Shown piece by piece: positions 31,579-40,466 of a stretch of 64,000 bases of DNA. Location of the stretch: the NCBI GenBank assembly GCA_036918135.1, contig JBALDB010000011.1:160001-224000 (forward strand), written 5' to 3'. This DNA is from Nostoc sp. Lineage in GTDB: Bacteria > Cyanobacteriota > Cyanobacteriia > Cyanobacteriales > Nostocaceae. The notes below the pieces were generated by a model. It saw nothing but the letters and a program-made list of their open reading frames with translations, did not search any database and was not told the DNA's origin. Every line of letters begins with the position of its first letter. Position 1 is the stretch's first letter. Made by a program: the position numbers and the translations under genes.

Positions 31579-31788
31579 GGACTTACGCAAACACTCCCAA
31601 TGTCATTGCGACCGAAACGTAGTGTAGGGAAGCAATCCCAGAGTTTTTGGCGATTACTTCTCTACGAGACGCTCCGCGAACGCAACTCTTAGAGACGCTC
31701 TTGCTAGCTTGCTTCTGGGTTCGCGTAGCGTTCCGTAGGAAAGGAGTACGCTCGTAATGACGTAAAATCGTAGTCAGTGCGTAAGTCC
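31579..31788. mobile_element. 210-bp MITE-like composite element with nested small repeats
   Basis: Terminal inverted repeats GGACTTACGCA / TGCGTAAGTCC; inner palindrome GTCATTGCGA ... TCGTAATGAC; nested 21-nt units. Confidence 0.8.
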
Positions 31789-31808
31789 TGAAAGTTAGAA
31801 GCGGGTCA

Positions 31809-33191
31809 TTATATTACATTAAATCTAAAAGCAACTTTGATAACTGATGACTCGTTAACCTGGAACTGCTGGGTAACATAGGAACTTAATCCAATCTCAG
31901 TAATCAGTTCTTCTTTTGTTTTAGTCAGTTGTGGTGTGTTCGTCTCATCTTCGCGAAGCAGGGAGGCAAAATAACCGCCCCAAGCCGCATCAGCATGAAT
32001 GGTAAATTCTAGTCCTTGGGAGCGCAATTCTTCTCGCAGGTCAAGAACATCCTTGAGAGGGTCAGTTGCACTTTCTTCGGTGCTTCCCATGACACAAACG
32101 ACTGTATAAACTGGTCTACGCTGGGCTAGGCAATCTTGAAGAATCTTTTTAACTTCAGTGATACTCATCCTGGCATCTTCATCCACAGGAACGTCAATCA
32201 AATTTGACGCTCCAATTCCTAGCAAAGCGGCTGCTTTGGGAAATGAGTAGTGCTTGGTGGCTGGTACTAAGAACACAGGTAAAGAGTTGATGTCGCTCAA
32301 AAAGCGGCGTGAAAACTCTGCCATTCCCAGGTTTTGTAGTGAATACTTAGATAATACTTTTGTTAGGGTTTCGCTCTTAATCTGATACTCTTGATAAAGA
32401 CGAATCGGCAACGCTAGAATGTCATCGCCTTTGAGGTTGAGCATTGACCAAGTGTCTAGTTTAATCAGCGGTTTTGACTCGCCAGTGGGTAGGGAAATTT
32501 CGATGTCTTTGGCAGCTGAAAGTAAAGCTTCATTTTGCAAAGCTGCTTGCAAGGCAAGAGGATAGAATTTTAGGTTTCTGGCTGACCAAATCGCTTCAAT
32601 GTTAGCAACAGTTCCCCCACAGGTAATATGTCCCCAAGGACGAATAGCCCCTTTTTCGATTTCTGCCTCATTCGGTATGGTATACCCCAGCATCCGGCAA
32701 AGGTCATCTCCTACCAATATTTCCAAAAGCGTTGTTGCAGTTGACCCTTCAAAAGCTACATTGTTGGGGTTGTACAGCATTGCTGCAAAGTAGCCAAGGA
32801 TAGATGGCATTGTCATATCCCAATTCATGTGTCCTTGATAGCGCATACTAAAGAATGGTACGGACTTCTTCAGAAACGCTAGCAACGAGCGGTAACTTTC
32901 CTTAAGAGTATCAATTGCCTCTACATATTCAGGCTGTCGCTTAATTTGTTCGGTGACGTAAGTTGGATCTCCAGGATGAAAGTTTCGCCGCCAAAATGTG
33001 TGGTCACGAATTGCTTCTACAATTAAACTCTCAAGTACATCAGCATTTTCTGCTTTTACTCCTAAAAACCATGCCTCAAGCGAGCGAGTTACCAAACCTT
33101 CAAGTCCGGGCATTTCTCCAAAATTAGAGAGTTTGCCAAGTTGATTATTTTTACCCATACCATTGTTTTGAGATGTAAATTGGCTTGTCAT
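31809..33191 (-). pseudogene. Group II PLP-dependent decarboxylase (tyrosine decarboxylase-like), 3'-truncated
   Basis: FLGVKAEN, RYQGHM, YNPNN, GHITCGGTVANIEA, HYSFPK, GSTEE, HADAAWGGY present; frame ends before the DPHK Schiff-base lysine motif. Confidence 0.8.
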
Positions 33192-33266
33192 GCTTTAACC
33201 TGTACTAAAGATAATAATTCCGCCACTTTGACGTTCTGCATCGTAATTAGCTGATGAATCGAGTTA

Positions 33267-33569
33267 CTATATAGATGTTTGAGGTTCGCTACTCTCCGCC
33301 TCATGTTTAGTTGGTCGCGCGATCGCTTCGGCAAAAGCTTGATAGACATTGACTGGAATAGTTTATACTCGACAATCCTCACGACAAATTGGATAAGCAA
33401 ATCCTTGTAATGTTATTTGTAATTCATAAAGCCGTTGCTACCATCGTTGTTGTGAATGAGCATCTTCACTACTATTTGTGATCTGACAAGCAACTTGGAA
33501 AGCTTCAGCCATTAGAGTGCGCTGTGCAGCATCAAGCGTTGGTTTCGGTTGTAAGTTAAAGGTAATTAT
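33267..33569 (-). pseudogene. Probable decayed gene of about 100 codons
   Basis: Single frame IITFNLQ...QRW*QRLYELQ...CREDCRV*TIPVNVYQAFAEAIARP...; two internal stops, ATA at the expected start, HIP1 read as Ala-Ile-Ala. Confidence 0.4.
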
Positions 33570-33583
33570 GGTGAAAGTGTGAA

Positions 33584-35242
33584 TTATAAGTTATCGCTTT
33601 GGACAGTGATAGTTGCGTTGGACTTCGCTAGAGGTTCAATTGCTTCGGTGGTGCTGTATTTGAGGTATCGTACAACCTCTTCATAAATTTGGCTGCTGAC
33701 GCGATCGCCCCGACGACCGTTTTCTAGCCTGATATCATCAACAAAGAAATTCAGGTTGAACTGAACGTAAGTTATTGCGTCACTATTCTCGATTCCTTTA
33801 ATTAAAACTTGTGGCTCCTGCCACTTTTGTCGGGGTTCTTTAAACCGTTCTCGTAACCATCGGTTCAGTTCCATTACATAGTCATCTAACCGTGTTTCTT
33901 CACTTTGAGGATTAGAAATTTTTTGGTATAAACGCTGCACTCTCCGCTTTAACAAATTGATTTTGCGTTCCCATTCTTCAGTAATAATGCTGCTATCATT
34001 ATCTAAAAGATGAAAATCCCTAATATAAATGCGATACCAATTTCGGATTAATTCAATCAAACTGTCTTGAGAACGATTTTCTTTAAGTGTAAAAACTGAA
34101 CGATTGCGGTAGATTTCGGGAACAACTTCTAAACCGAGCGCGCTTAAAATTTCTCGATACTCTTGTTGCACATTCTTAATCTCATCCTCGGTCATGCCAC
34201 CTTTTTCAGCAAACTGCAAGGTGACGACAAGTGCCTCAAGTGCAGGTGTAATTTCTTCCAATTTAAAATTCACTTCCTGTTCGGCAAGCAGACGCAATTT
34301 ACCAATCTTTTGTTGGTTTTCTAATCCTTCTAACTGATAGTAGCGGTCAATCTGTGCTAATTTCTGGTCAATGTCGCCTAAAGTATCGGAATGAGCCTGG
34401 ATAACTTCTACCATCACGTACTTTACTTCTTCAACATTCAGCGCGATCGGCAGTTTCATGTCGGTAGAGTAATGATAGTACGAGGTCGGACGGCTGAGAT
34501 TTGTAATGTTTTGACTTTGCAGTGTGCTATTGGGGATATAAATATCACAATGCTTAGATGGTATATACAGTTGAGTTACTCGCACGCCAATTTTTCGCAG
34601 CATAGCAATGGAGCCATTGTCCAGCAGTAACACATCGCCAAACTGAAAGGGAGTATCAATCAGTAATACAACTCCACTAAAAAAGTTAGCTAAAATTCCC
34701 TGAGCTGCAAAGCCAATTACAAAAGTTGCTCCACCCAAAGCCACCCAAATTCCTGTTAGATCCACACCAAAGGATTTCAGTACAAAAACAGTGGTTAGCG
34801 TGAAAACGATGACGGGAACAACTGCTTCTAGCAGGGGCAAAAGCACATCATCCCACATCGATTCAGTTTCTTGGGTATACCCCCGCAGGTAGTAAATGAA
34901 AACCTGAGTAAAGAGTTGAACGAGCCAGTAACTAATGGCAATAATTAAACCAGCTGCCAATAAATTTTCAATACCGTCAATCAGCTTCACGGAGGGCAAC
35001 TGATGGAAGGTATATTTAAGAATGCCTAAAATAAAAACCGCTAAAGCCGGATACCCAGATACATTCAGCGTCACCAGAGCGATATCTCGTTCAAATTTAC
35101 GAAAGATTGAACGCAGAATATAAAATAAAATGATGTAAAGGAGTATTGTACCGGCGATCGTCAGCACTAAGCTACTCAGAAAAAAACTCCAGGTATTGGC
35201 TTGAAATGGTAAAAGTTCTTTGAGCATTGTTTTTAAGTCCAT
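33584..35242 (-). CDS. MscS-family mechanosensitive channel with long helical C-terminal insertion
   Basis: GFAAQGILANFFSGVVLLIDTPFQFGD, IGVRVT, IPNS..ITNLS. Confidence 0.92.
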   Translation of the reverse strand: MDLKTMLKELLPFQANTWSFFLSSLVLTIAGTILLYIILFYILRSIFRKFERDIALVTLNVSGYPALAVFILGILKYTFHQLPSVKLIDGIENLLAAGLIIAISYWLVQLFTQVFIYYLRGYTQETESMWDDVLLPLLEAVVPVIVFTLTTVFVLKSFGVDLTGIWVALGGATFVIGFAAQGILANFFSGVVLLIDTPFQFGDVLLLDNGSIAMLRKIGVRVTQLYIPSKHCDIYIPNSTLQSQNITNLSRPTSYYHYSTDMKLPIALNVEEVKYVMVEVIQAHSDTLGDIDQKLAQIDRYYQLEGLENQQKIGKLRLLAEQEVNFKLEEITPALEALVVTLQFAEKGGMTEDEIKNVQQEYREILSALGLEVVPEIYRNRSVFTLKENRSQDSLIELIRNWYRIYIRDFHLLDNDSSIITEEWERKINLLKRRVQRLYQKISNPQSEETRLDDYVMELNRWLRERFKEPRQKWQEPQVLIKGIENSDAITYVQFNLNFFVDDIRLENGRRGDRVSSQIYEEVVRYLKYSTTEAIEPLAKSNATITVQSDNL

Positions 35243-35313
35243 TTACCAACGATGTTTGGCAAATACAGCATTGGCTTTGACTATATGCAGTGGTGCAAAA
35301 ATGGGTGTAAACT

Positions 35314-35670
35314 CTACTGAATGTCTACTTTGAGTCCGGGTAGCAGTTTCTCCAAGTTCTTCAAGGATTTGCCTTGCCAAGGCATATTATTTGACCCCAG
35401 CACGACTAACTGAACGCCTTTCTTCTTCCGCACACTCAGCACAAATTTGGACAACATACTAATGCCAGAACTATTTAGAAATCCCAGATTTCTTAGATTC
35501 AAAGTCATCGTATTTGGCCCGGTATCTAACACTTTATTTAAGAGATCGGCAATCGAAGCGTACTCCGCAGGCCCACCTAAACTGAGTTCCCCTTGGAAGT
35601 GAACCGTTGAAGTGTCAGGTTCAACGTGTACTGTGTAGTCCTCGCCTTTAACGTCTTGCATTGCAACCAT
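35314..35670 (-). CDS. STAS-like anti-anti-sigma / partner-switch protein (Slr1659-like), copy 2
   Basis: LNLRNLGFLNSSGISML phospho-Ser motif, WQGKSL. Confidence 0.85.
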   Translation of the reverse strand: MVAMQDVKGEDYTVHVEPDTSTVHFQGELSLGGPAEYASIADLLNKVLDTGPNTMTLNLRNLGFLNSSGISMLSKFVLSVRKKKGVQLVVLGSNNMPWQGKSLKNLEKLLPGLKVDIQ

Positions 35671-35842
35671 GTTAGATTCCCCTGAGCAATAATTGGAACA
35701 TCATTATTAAGAACGAACTCTAGATTGACTTGAAATGGTAAAAGTTTTTTCAGCATTGTTTTTAAGTCCATTTACCAACAATGTATGACAAGGACAGCAT
35801 TAGTTTTGACTGTGTGCAGTGATGAAAAGATGGGTGTAAACC

Positions 35843-36199
35843 TTACTGAATGTCTACTTTGAGTCCAGGTAGCAGTTTCTTCAAGTTATTCAGAGATTTG
35901 CCTTGCCAAGGCATATCATTTGACCCCAGCACGACTAACTGAACGCCTTCTTTCTTCTGCATACTCAGCACAAATTTGTAAAACATACTAATGCCAGAAC
36001 TATTTACAAATTCCAGATTTCTCAAATCTAAAGTCATCGTATTTGGCTTGGTATCTACCACTTTATTTAAGAGAGCGGTAATCGGAGCGTACTCTGGAGG
36101 CCCACTTAAACAAAGTTCCCCTTGGAAGTGAACTGTTGAAGTGTCAGGTTCAACGTGTACGGTGTAGTCCTCGCCTTTAACATCTTGCATTGCAACCAT
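35843..36199 (-). CDS. STAS-like anti-anti-sigma / partner-switch protein (Slr1659-like), copy 1
   Basis: LDLRNLEFVNSSGISMF, WQGKSL; 19 of 118 aa differ from copy 2 (manual count). Confidence 0.85.
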   Translation of the reverse strand: MVAMQDVKGEDYTVHVEPDTSTVHFQGELCLSGPPEYAPITALLNKVVDTKPNTMTLDLRNLEFVNSSGISMFYKFVLSMQKKEGVQLVVLGSNDMPWQGKSLNNLKKLLPGLKVDIQ

Positions 36200-36248
36200 G
36201 TTGGGTTATCTTGATTAACAATTGGAACATCATTATTAAGAACAAACT

Positions 36249-36836
36249 CTAGATTGGCAAAAGTGCCATTGCCGTGACCGTGGTAATATTCGGCTGTTCT
36301 TGAACCACATCGAACTTCCAGCCTAGTCGTGCAGAGTAGTCATTGATCATGGTTAAAAACCCCAAACCGGATGCTTCACTATTTTCCTCTGCACTTTTTT
36401 CAACTTGCTGGATATAGAGATCGTTGGGATCGGAAACTAGCAGTTCTTGAATAAATGCCTGAAATTTGTCAACACCTGCCGCACTCACGCTATTTGTGGC
36501 AAAAAGGACAGCCGCAATCTGCTCCTCCTCTAAAAAATGAATCCCAAATTTTACCTTAAAGTGAGTGGTTGCATCGTTGAATTTCATGGCGTTTTCCAAC
36601 AGTTCGTTTGCCACAAAAACCACAGCAGCTTGCGTCTCTTTAAGCTGTCGTGCATGAATTGGGTCGTCTTCATCAATTGGCAGAAAGTTGGAGAAATAGT
36701 CAGCAAGAAAGTGAGCTGATAATCGGTTGTTACGCCAGCGCTGTTTAATCGGGCGAGAATCTGGGGTAAATGTGAGTTCGAGTGAGTCGCGATCGGGAGG
36801 AAATTGTTCGATGAAATTGCCAAAAATCTGTGCCAT
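36249..36836 (-). CDS. GHKL-fold Ser/Thr kinase, RsbW/SiaB-like (Slr1658-like)
   Basis: N-box VANELLENAMKF, G-box SGLGFLTM; between a PP2C and STAS genes. Confidence 0.8.
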   Translation of the reverse strand: MAQIFGNFIEQFPPDRDSLELTFTPDSRPIKQRWRNNRLSAHFLADYFSNFLPIDEDDPIHARQLKETQAAVVFVANELLENAMKFNDATTHFKVKFGIHFLEEEQIAAVLFATNSVSAAGVDKFQAFIQELLVSDPNDLYIQQVEKSAEENSEASGLGFLTMINDYSARLGWKFDVVQEQPNITTVTAMALLPI

Positions 36837-36912
36837 CGTTTTTCCTGTTCTAGTCGTAATTGAGTTTTGTATTAATGAAGGTTCCTAAATTCAAGTTATG
36901 TCTACGCTTTTA

Positions 36913-36970
36913 CCCTTACGGGTTCGCTAGTCGCTACAACGGGGGGAACCCCCGCAACGCGCTAGCTCAC
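36913..36970. mobile_element. 57-58 nt small repeat element overlapping the PP2C stop codon
   Basis: Minus strand GTGAGCTAGCG...ACTAGCGAACCCGTAAGGG; same length and ends as 47085-47142. Confidence 0.7.
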
Positions 36971-38197
36971 TAAATCAGGCTGTTCAGCTTCTCGCTTCAA
37001 CACGAGCAAGGTAATGTCATCAAACACTTTTTGCTTGCCAATGTGCCGTCTGACATCGGTAATCACAGCATCTTTAATATCCTGTGCTGAGTTGTGCCAG
37101 TTCTGGCTGATTGCTTCACACAGTTGTTCCACACCATATTGTTTCTTGTCGATATCATAGGCTTCTGGAATACCATCGGTGTAAAGAACAACGCCTTCTC
37201 CAGGTTGTAATTCTACTGTTGCATGACTGATAAAATCGGCAATGTCATCATCAAGTCCAATTGGAAAGCCGAGATCCATTGTGTCGATACGTTCAATTTT
37301 TCCATCATTCCTGACAACCAAGGTCTCTTCATGCTGTCCACTGATGCTTAAGTTGCCCTTTGAATAATTCAGTACAGCCAGCGTCAAATTCTTTTCTGAG
37401 TTCATCCTTTGCACATTTTTGTATATAGTGCGGTTAAGGGCATCGAGGAACTTCACCGAGTCATACTCGCGTATTTCTTTGAGAGTCCGCACGGCTGTTT
37501 GGGTCATCACCATCAGAATTCCGCTTTCTAAGCCGTGTCCAGTCACGTCGCCAATACCAAGGGTAGTAACTCCATCAGTGTGTAGTACATCGTAGTAGTC
37601 ACCACCGACTTCATCGGCTGGTTCCATGTATCCAGCAATGTCGAGTCCTTCAATTTCCAATTCTTCCGGTTGGGGCAGAATCATCTGTTGCAACCGTTTA
37701 GTCACCTCTAGTTCAGCACCCATTCGGAGATTTTCTGCTGTAAGTTTTTCATTTAAGAGTTTGATTTCTTGATTTGCTCGTTCTAATTCAGCTGGGCTAG
37801 GAAGTGCTAAGGCTTGGGGAACTAAGGGGATAAGTTGTACGGCTGTAAATACAGATATTATTGCTGTTAGCGCTTTGATTAATCCTGATACCCAATAAGT
37901 TGGAAACCAAAGCGTCCAAATTTCCATGATGTGAGTAGTGCCACAAGCTACGATAAATCCACTAAATAGTAGAAAAATCCAATTAAAAGGCAAATCCTTA
38001 CGCTTGCTAACGAAGTAGAAAAGTGTAACGGGAATAGAGTAATAAGATAGGGCAATGAGTGCGTCAGAGATAACGTGTAGCGAAACTAAACCAGGTTTCC
38101 AAAGATAGCAATGTCCATGAGGAATAAAATAAAATGTCAATAATTCAGAGCCAAGATGCCACATAAAAAATTTCTCTGTACTAATAAAATTCAACAC
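36962..38197 (-). CDS. Ethylene-binding-domain (ETR1-type) membrane sensor fused to SpoIIE/RsbU PP2C phosphatase
   Basis: SDALIALSYYSIP and FIVACGTTH match ETR1 SDFFIAIAYFSIP and FIVLCGATH; PP2C motifs VGGDYYD, GDVTGHG, YTDG, DDIT. Confidence 0.9.
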   Translation of the reverse strand: MLNFISTEKFFMWHLGSELLTFYFIPHGHCYLWKPGLVSLHVISDALIALSYYSIPVTLFYFVSKRKDLPFNWIFLLFSGFIVACGTTHIMEIWTLWFPTYWVSGLIKALTAIISVFTAVQLIPLVPQALALPSPAELERANQEIKLLNEKLTAENLRMGAELEVTKRLQQMILPQPEELEIEGLDIAGYMEPADEVGGDYYDVLHTDGVTTLGIGDVTGHGLESGILMVMTQTAVRTLKEIREYDSVKFLDALNRTIYKNVQRMNSEKNLTLAVLNYSKGNLSISGQHEETLVVRNDGKIERIDTMDLGFPIGLDDDIADFISHATVELQPGEGVVLYTDGIPEAYDIDKKQYGVEQLCEAISQNWHNSAQDIKDAVITDVRRHIGKQKVFDDITLLVLKREAEQPDLVS

Positions 38198-38232
38198 ATT
38201 GAGTTATTTTCTTGAAAAATGCCCAAGCTGCG

Positions 38233-38253
38233 TAGGCGTAGCCCGTCGTAGAC
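38233..38253. mobile_element. 21-nt small dispersed repeat inserted in a HIP1 site
   Basis: GCG[TAGGCGTAGCCCGTCGTAGAC]ATCGC. Confidence 0.85.
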
Positions 38254-38261
38254 ATCGCTGT

Positions 38262-39908
38262 TTAAATCACTAGTATCGCTTCAATAAATCGATTCCAAGT
38301 CAATAGTTGCCCTCCTGTGCGATCGCACAAAAAGGTAATTTCATCTTTTGTCAGTGGTGATTCTCCGACGCTTGCCATTGCGATATTCATTTCATCAAGG
38401 CTAATGAGATTGTCTTCATCAGCATCAATTGGTAAAAAATAAGTGAGAAAATCGTTGTATTCTGCCATCAACTGACGATGACGCAGCATTAACTCACCGA
38501 ATTCTTCAAAGTCGATTGTGTTGCTGCGATCGCTATCCATACTTGTGAATAACAGCGCGATTTCGCTATCTGACAACCCCTTTCCCGCTTGATTTAAATG
38601 ATTGGTTAATTCTTCAATACAAAGATGTCCGCTACCGTCTTGGTCGATGGCATCAAAAATATAGCGTAAGTCTCCTTTAAAGGTAGAAGATGCTTGTTTA
38701 AACAACAGTTGGCGCGGCTTGCTTTGGATGGCAGCTGCAAGATGACGACGAAAGTTAGAAATAATCCGCTTTGCCACTAAAAACCGTTGCCGATGTTCTT
38801 CGGGACTAGCAACTGTATGCAGTGCTACTGGTACGAGCGAGGGTAGCGATCGCCGTAAAATCAAAAAACAGCCAATGGTTACAATTACAAACGGCAGCGC
38901 CAAGACAGGCAATTTTAGCGGCGCAAACAACGTTGCCAAGCCCCAACTCACAAGCGATGCAACAAAGGCACAACCTAGACCAATAGAAATACTGAATAGA
39001 TTTGGCGTGTAGAATACTCCACCAATGGCGATCGCCGTTAGCACAGCATTATAACCCCATAGCCCAGTATACAAATCGTCAGGAGTCACTTGCAGCAACA
39101 AACCTGCAAGTAAATACATTACGCATCCCAGCAAGCCAACAATCGCACTAATTGGGGTGCAGATAGCAATTCCCACAACAACCAAAATTCCTACAACCCA
39201 GCTATTGGAAAAAAACACCTGCCCAACACTGAGCGGTAGCGATTGAGCGAGTTGCAAACTGTTAAATTGACTAGGAGAAACAGGCGGCGGCAACCCTAGA
39301 GCAAAGAAAGTTTGAGGTAGAAATAGCACGAGAATCACAAAACTTAGCAACGCGATGTGAAATGGAATACCAAGCGGCGCTACTCGGAACTGACTAGCAA
39401 ACCAGACTCCTACGGTTTCCATTAATACCGTGGAAACAGAAGCGAATATAATCACTGCGATCGCCCAATTTAGATTCCATGTACCATTGCCAAATAGCCC
39501 TAACGATGCGATCGCCGCTCCGGTGAGTAATCCATTCAGACCAAAAATGCCATTTTGAATCTCATCTCGATTAATCTGGAAAGTTTTCGCAAAGTATTTG
39601 TGCAAAAGAATTGCCGTTAATGTGGCGATCGCAGTTCCCAGCAAGCTCATTGTCCCCAACCAAGGAGCCTGAATGAACATAGCGATTAAAAATAGTAGAC
39701 CGCTCACAGGATTATTCACAAAAATGACCTGACCAATCCCGCGCAGAGTGGCGTTAATAAAATTCAATAATGGTTGATGCATCAAGCGTTGATTTAGTTG
39801 CTGCATCGTGCCTAATGGTAATAAGCTTTTTGAAATCTGTAATTTTGATTCCTCTGAAGACAAAATGTGAGAAATTAACTCATGCAGAGGAGAGGGATCG
39901 GTATTCAT
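38262..39908 (-). CDS. UT-family urea transporter fused to a calmodulin-like EF-hand domain
   Basis: Duplicated UT motifs GIGQVIFVNNP/SVGQVFFSNS, GIFGLN/GLWGYN, GIPF/ALPF; EF loops DQDGSGHLCIEE, DSDRSNTIDFEE, DADEDNLISLDE. Confidence 0.9.
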   Translation of the reverse strand: MNTDPSPLHELISHILSSEESKLQISKSLLPLGTMQQLNQRLMHQPLLNFINATLRGIGQVIFVNNPVSGLLFLIAMFIQAPWLGTMSLLGTAIATLTAILLHKYFAKTFQINRDEIQNGIFGLNGLLTGAAIASLGLFGNGTWNLNWAIAVIIFASVSTVLMETVGVWFASQFRVAPLGIPFHIALLSFVILVLFLPQTFFALGLPPPVSPSQFNSLQLAQSLPLSVGQVFFSNSWVVGILVVVGIAICTPISAIVGLLGCVMYLLAGLLLQVTPDDLYTGLWGYNAVLTAIAIGGVFYTPNLFSISIGLGCAFVASLVSWGLATLFAPLKLPVLALPFVIVTIGCFLILRRSLPSLVPVALHTVASPEEHRQRFLVAKRIISNFRRHLAAAIQSKPRQLLFKQASSTFKGDLRYIFDAIDQDGSGHLCIEELTNHLNQAGKGLSDSEIALLFTSMDSDRSNTIDFEEFGELMLRHRQLMAEYNDFLTYFLPIDADEDNLISLDEMNIAMASVGESPLTKDEITFLCDRTGGQLLTWNRFIEAILVI

Positions 39909-40466
39909 TTTGTCTACGTTGCCAACAAAAATAGGTCGCTTAGTTCTAAAATTTTCTTCTAAAGCATACGCATTTAAAGTCTGTTAATCCTTTCATAGCA
40001 AAGGTTTGAGCGCTTCATTTTCAGTTATCTCATTAATATTAATTATTATTTCAGTAAGTACTTCAGAAATTACGTGTGTTTACCTTGGGTTTTCTTCGCA
40101 TTCAAGTTTTGCAGTGTCTTTAATTACAGGACTACTATCGATACGATAACTAAATCAACAGTAAATATAGAACGTGCTTACTCATAGTTTTTTCCTTTTT
40201 TTCTTTTGGAGCAAACAGAATAAGCTGATATTTGCAAAAGTTAAGAAGTTTCAATATAAAGGAATAAAAATTGAAGTACTAAATAAGAGTTTTTCAAATA
40301 AACTTTTGCAAATACTTATTGTATTTCATCATTAAAGCACCTTTCCTGAAAATCAAACAATCACATAAATGTCATATATTTTACCTAGCTATAACATTGA
40401 TTGAGATACTATTACACTAACTATTCTTTCTGTCAAGTCATAAAGATCATAATTTTGACTATTTAA

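Larger units (their letters stand above)
35195..36258. repeat. Tandem duplication, 529-bp unit
   Basis: ATTGGC (35195), ATTGAC (35724), ATTGGC (36253) spaced 529 bp apart; unit contains the STAS gene and the first 16 codons of the mscS-family gene. Confidence 0.95.

Noticed and set aside
33188..33400. 70-aa ORF overlapping the decarboxylase start
   Set aside because: TTG start and no motif; the alternative interrupted frame 33267-33569 looks more protein-like
35577..35771. 64-aa ORF starting like the mscS-family gene
   Set aside because: By-product of the duplication junction, running out of frame over the STAS gene
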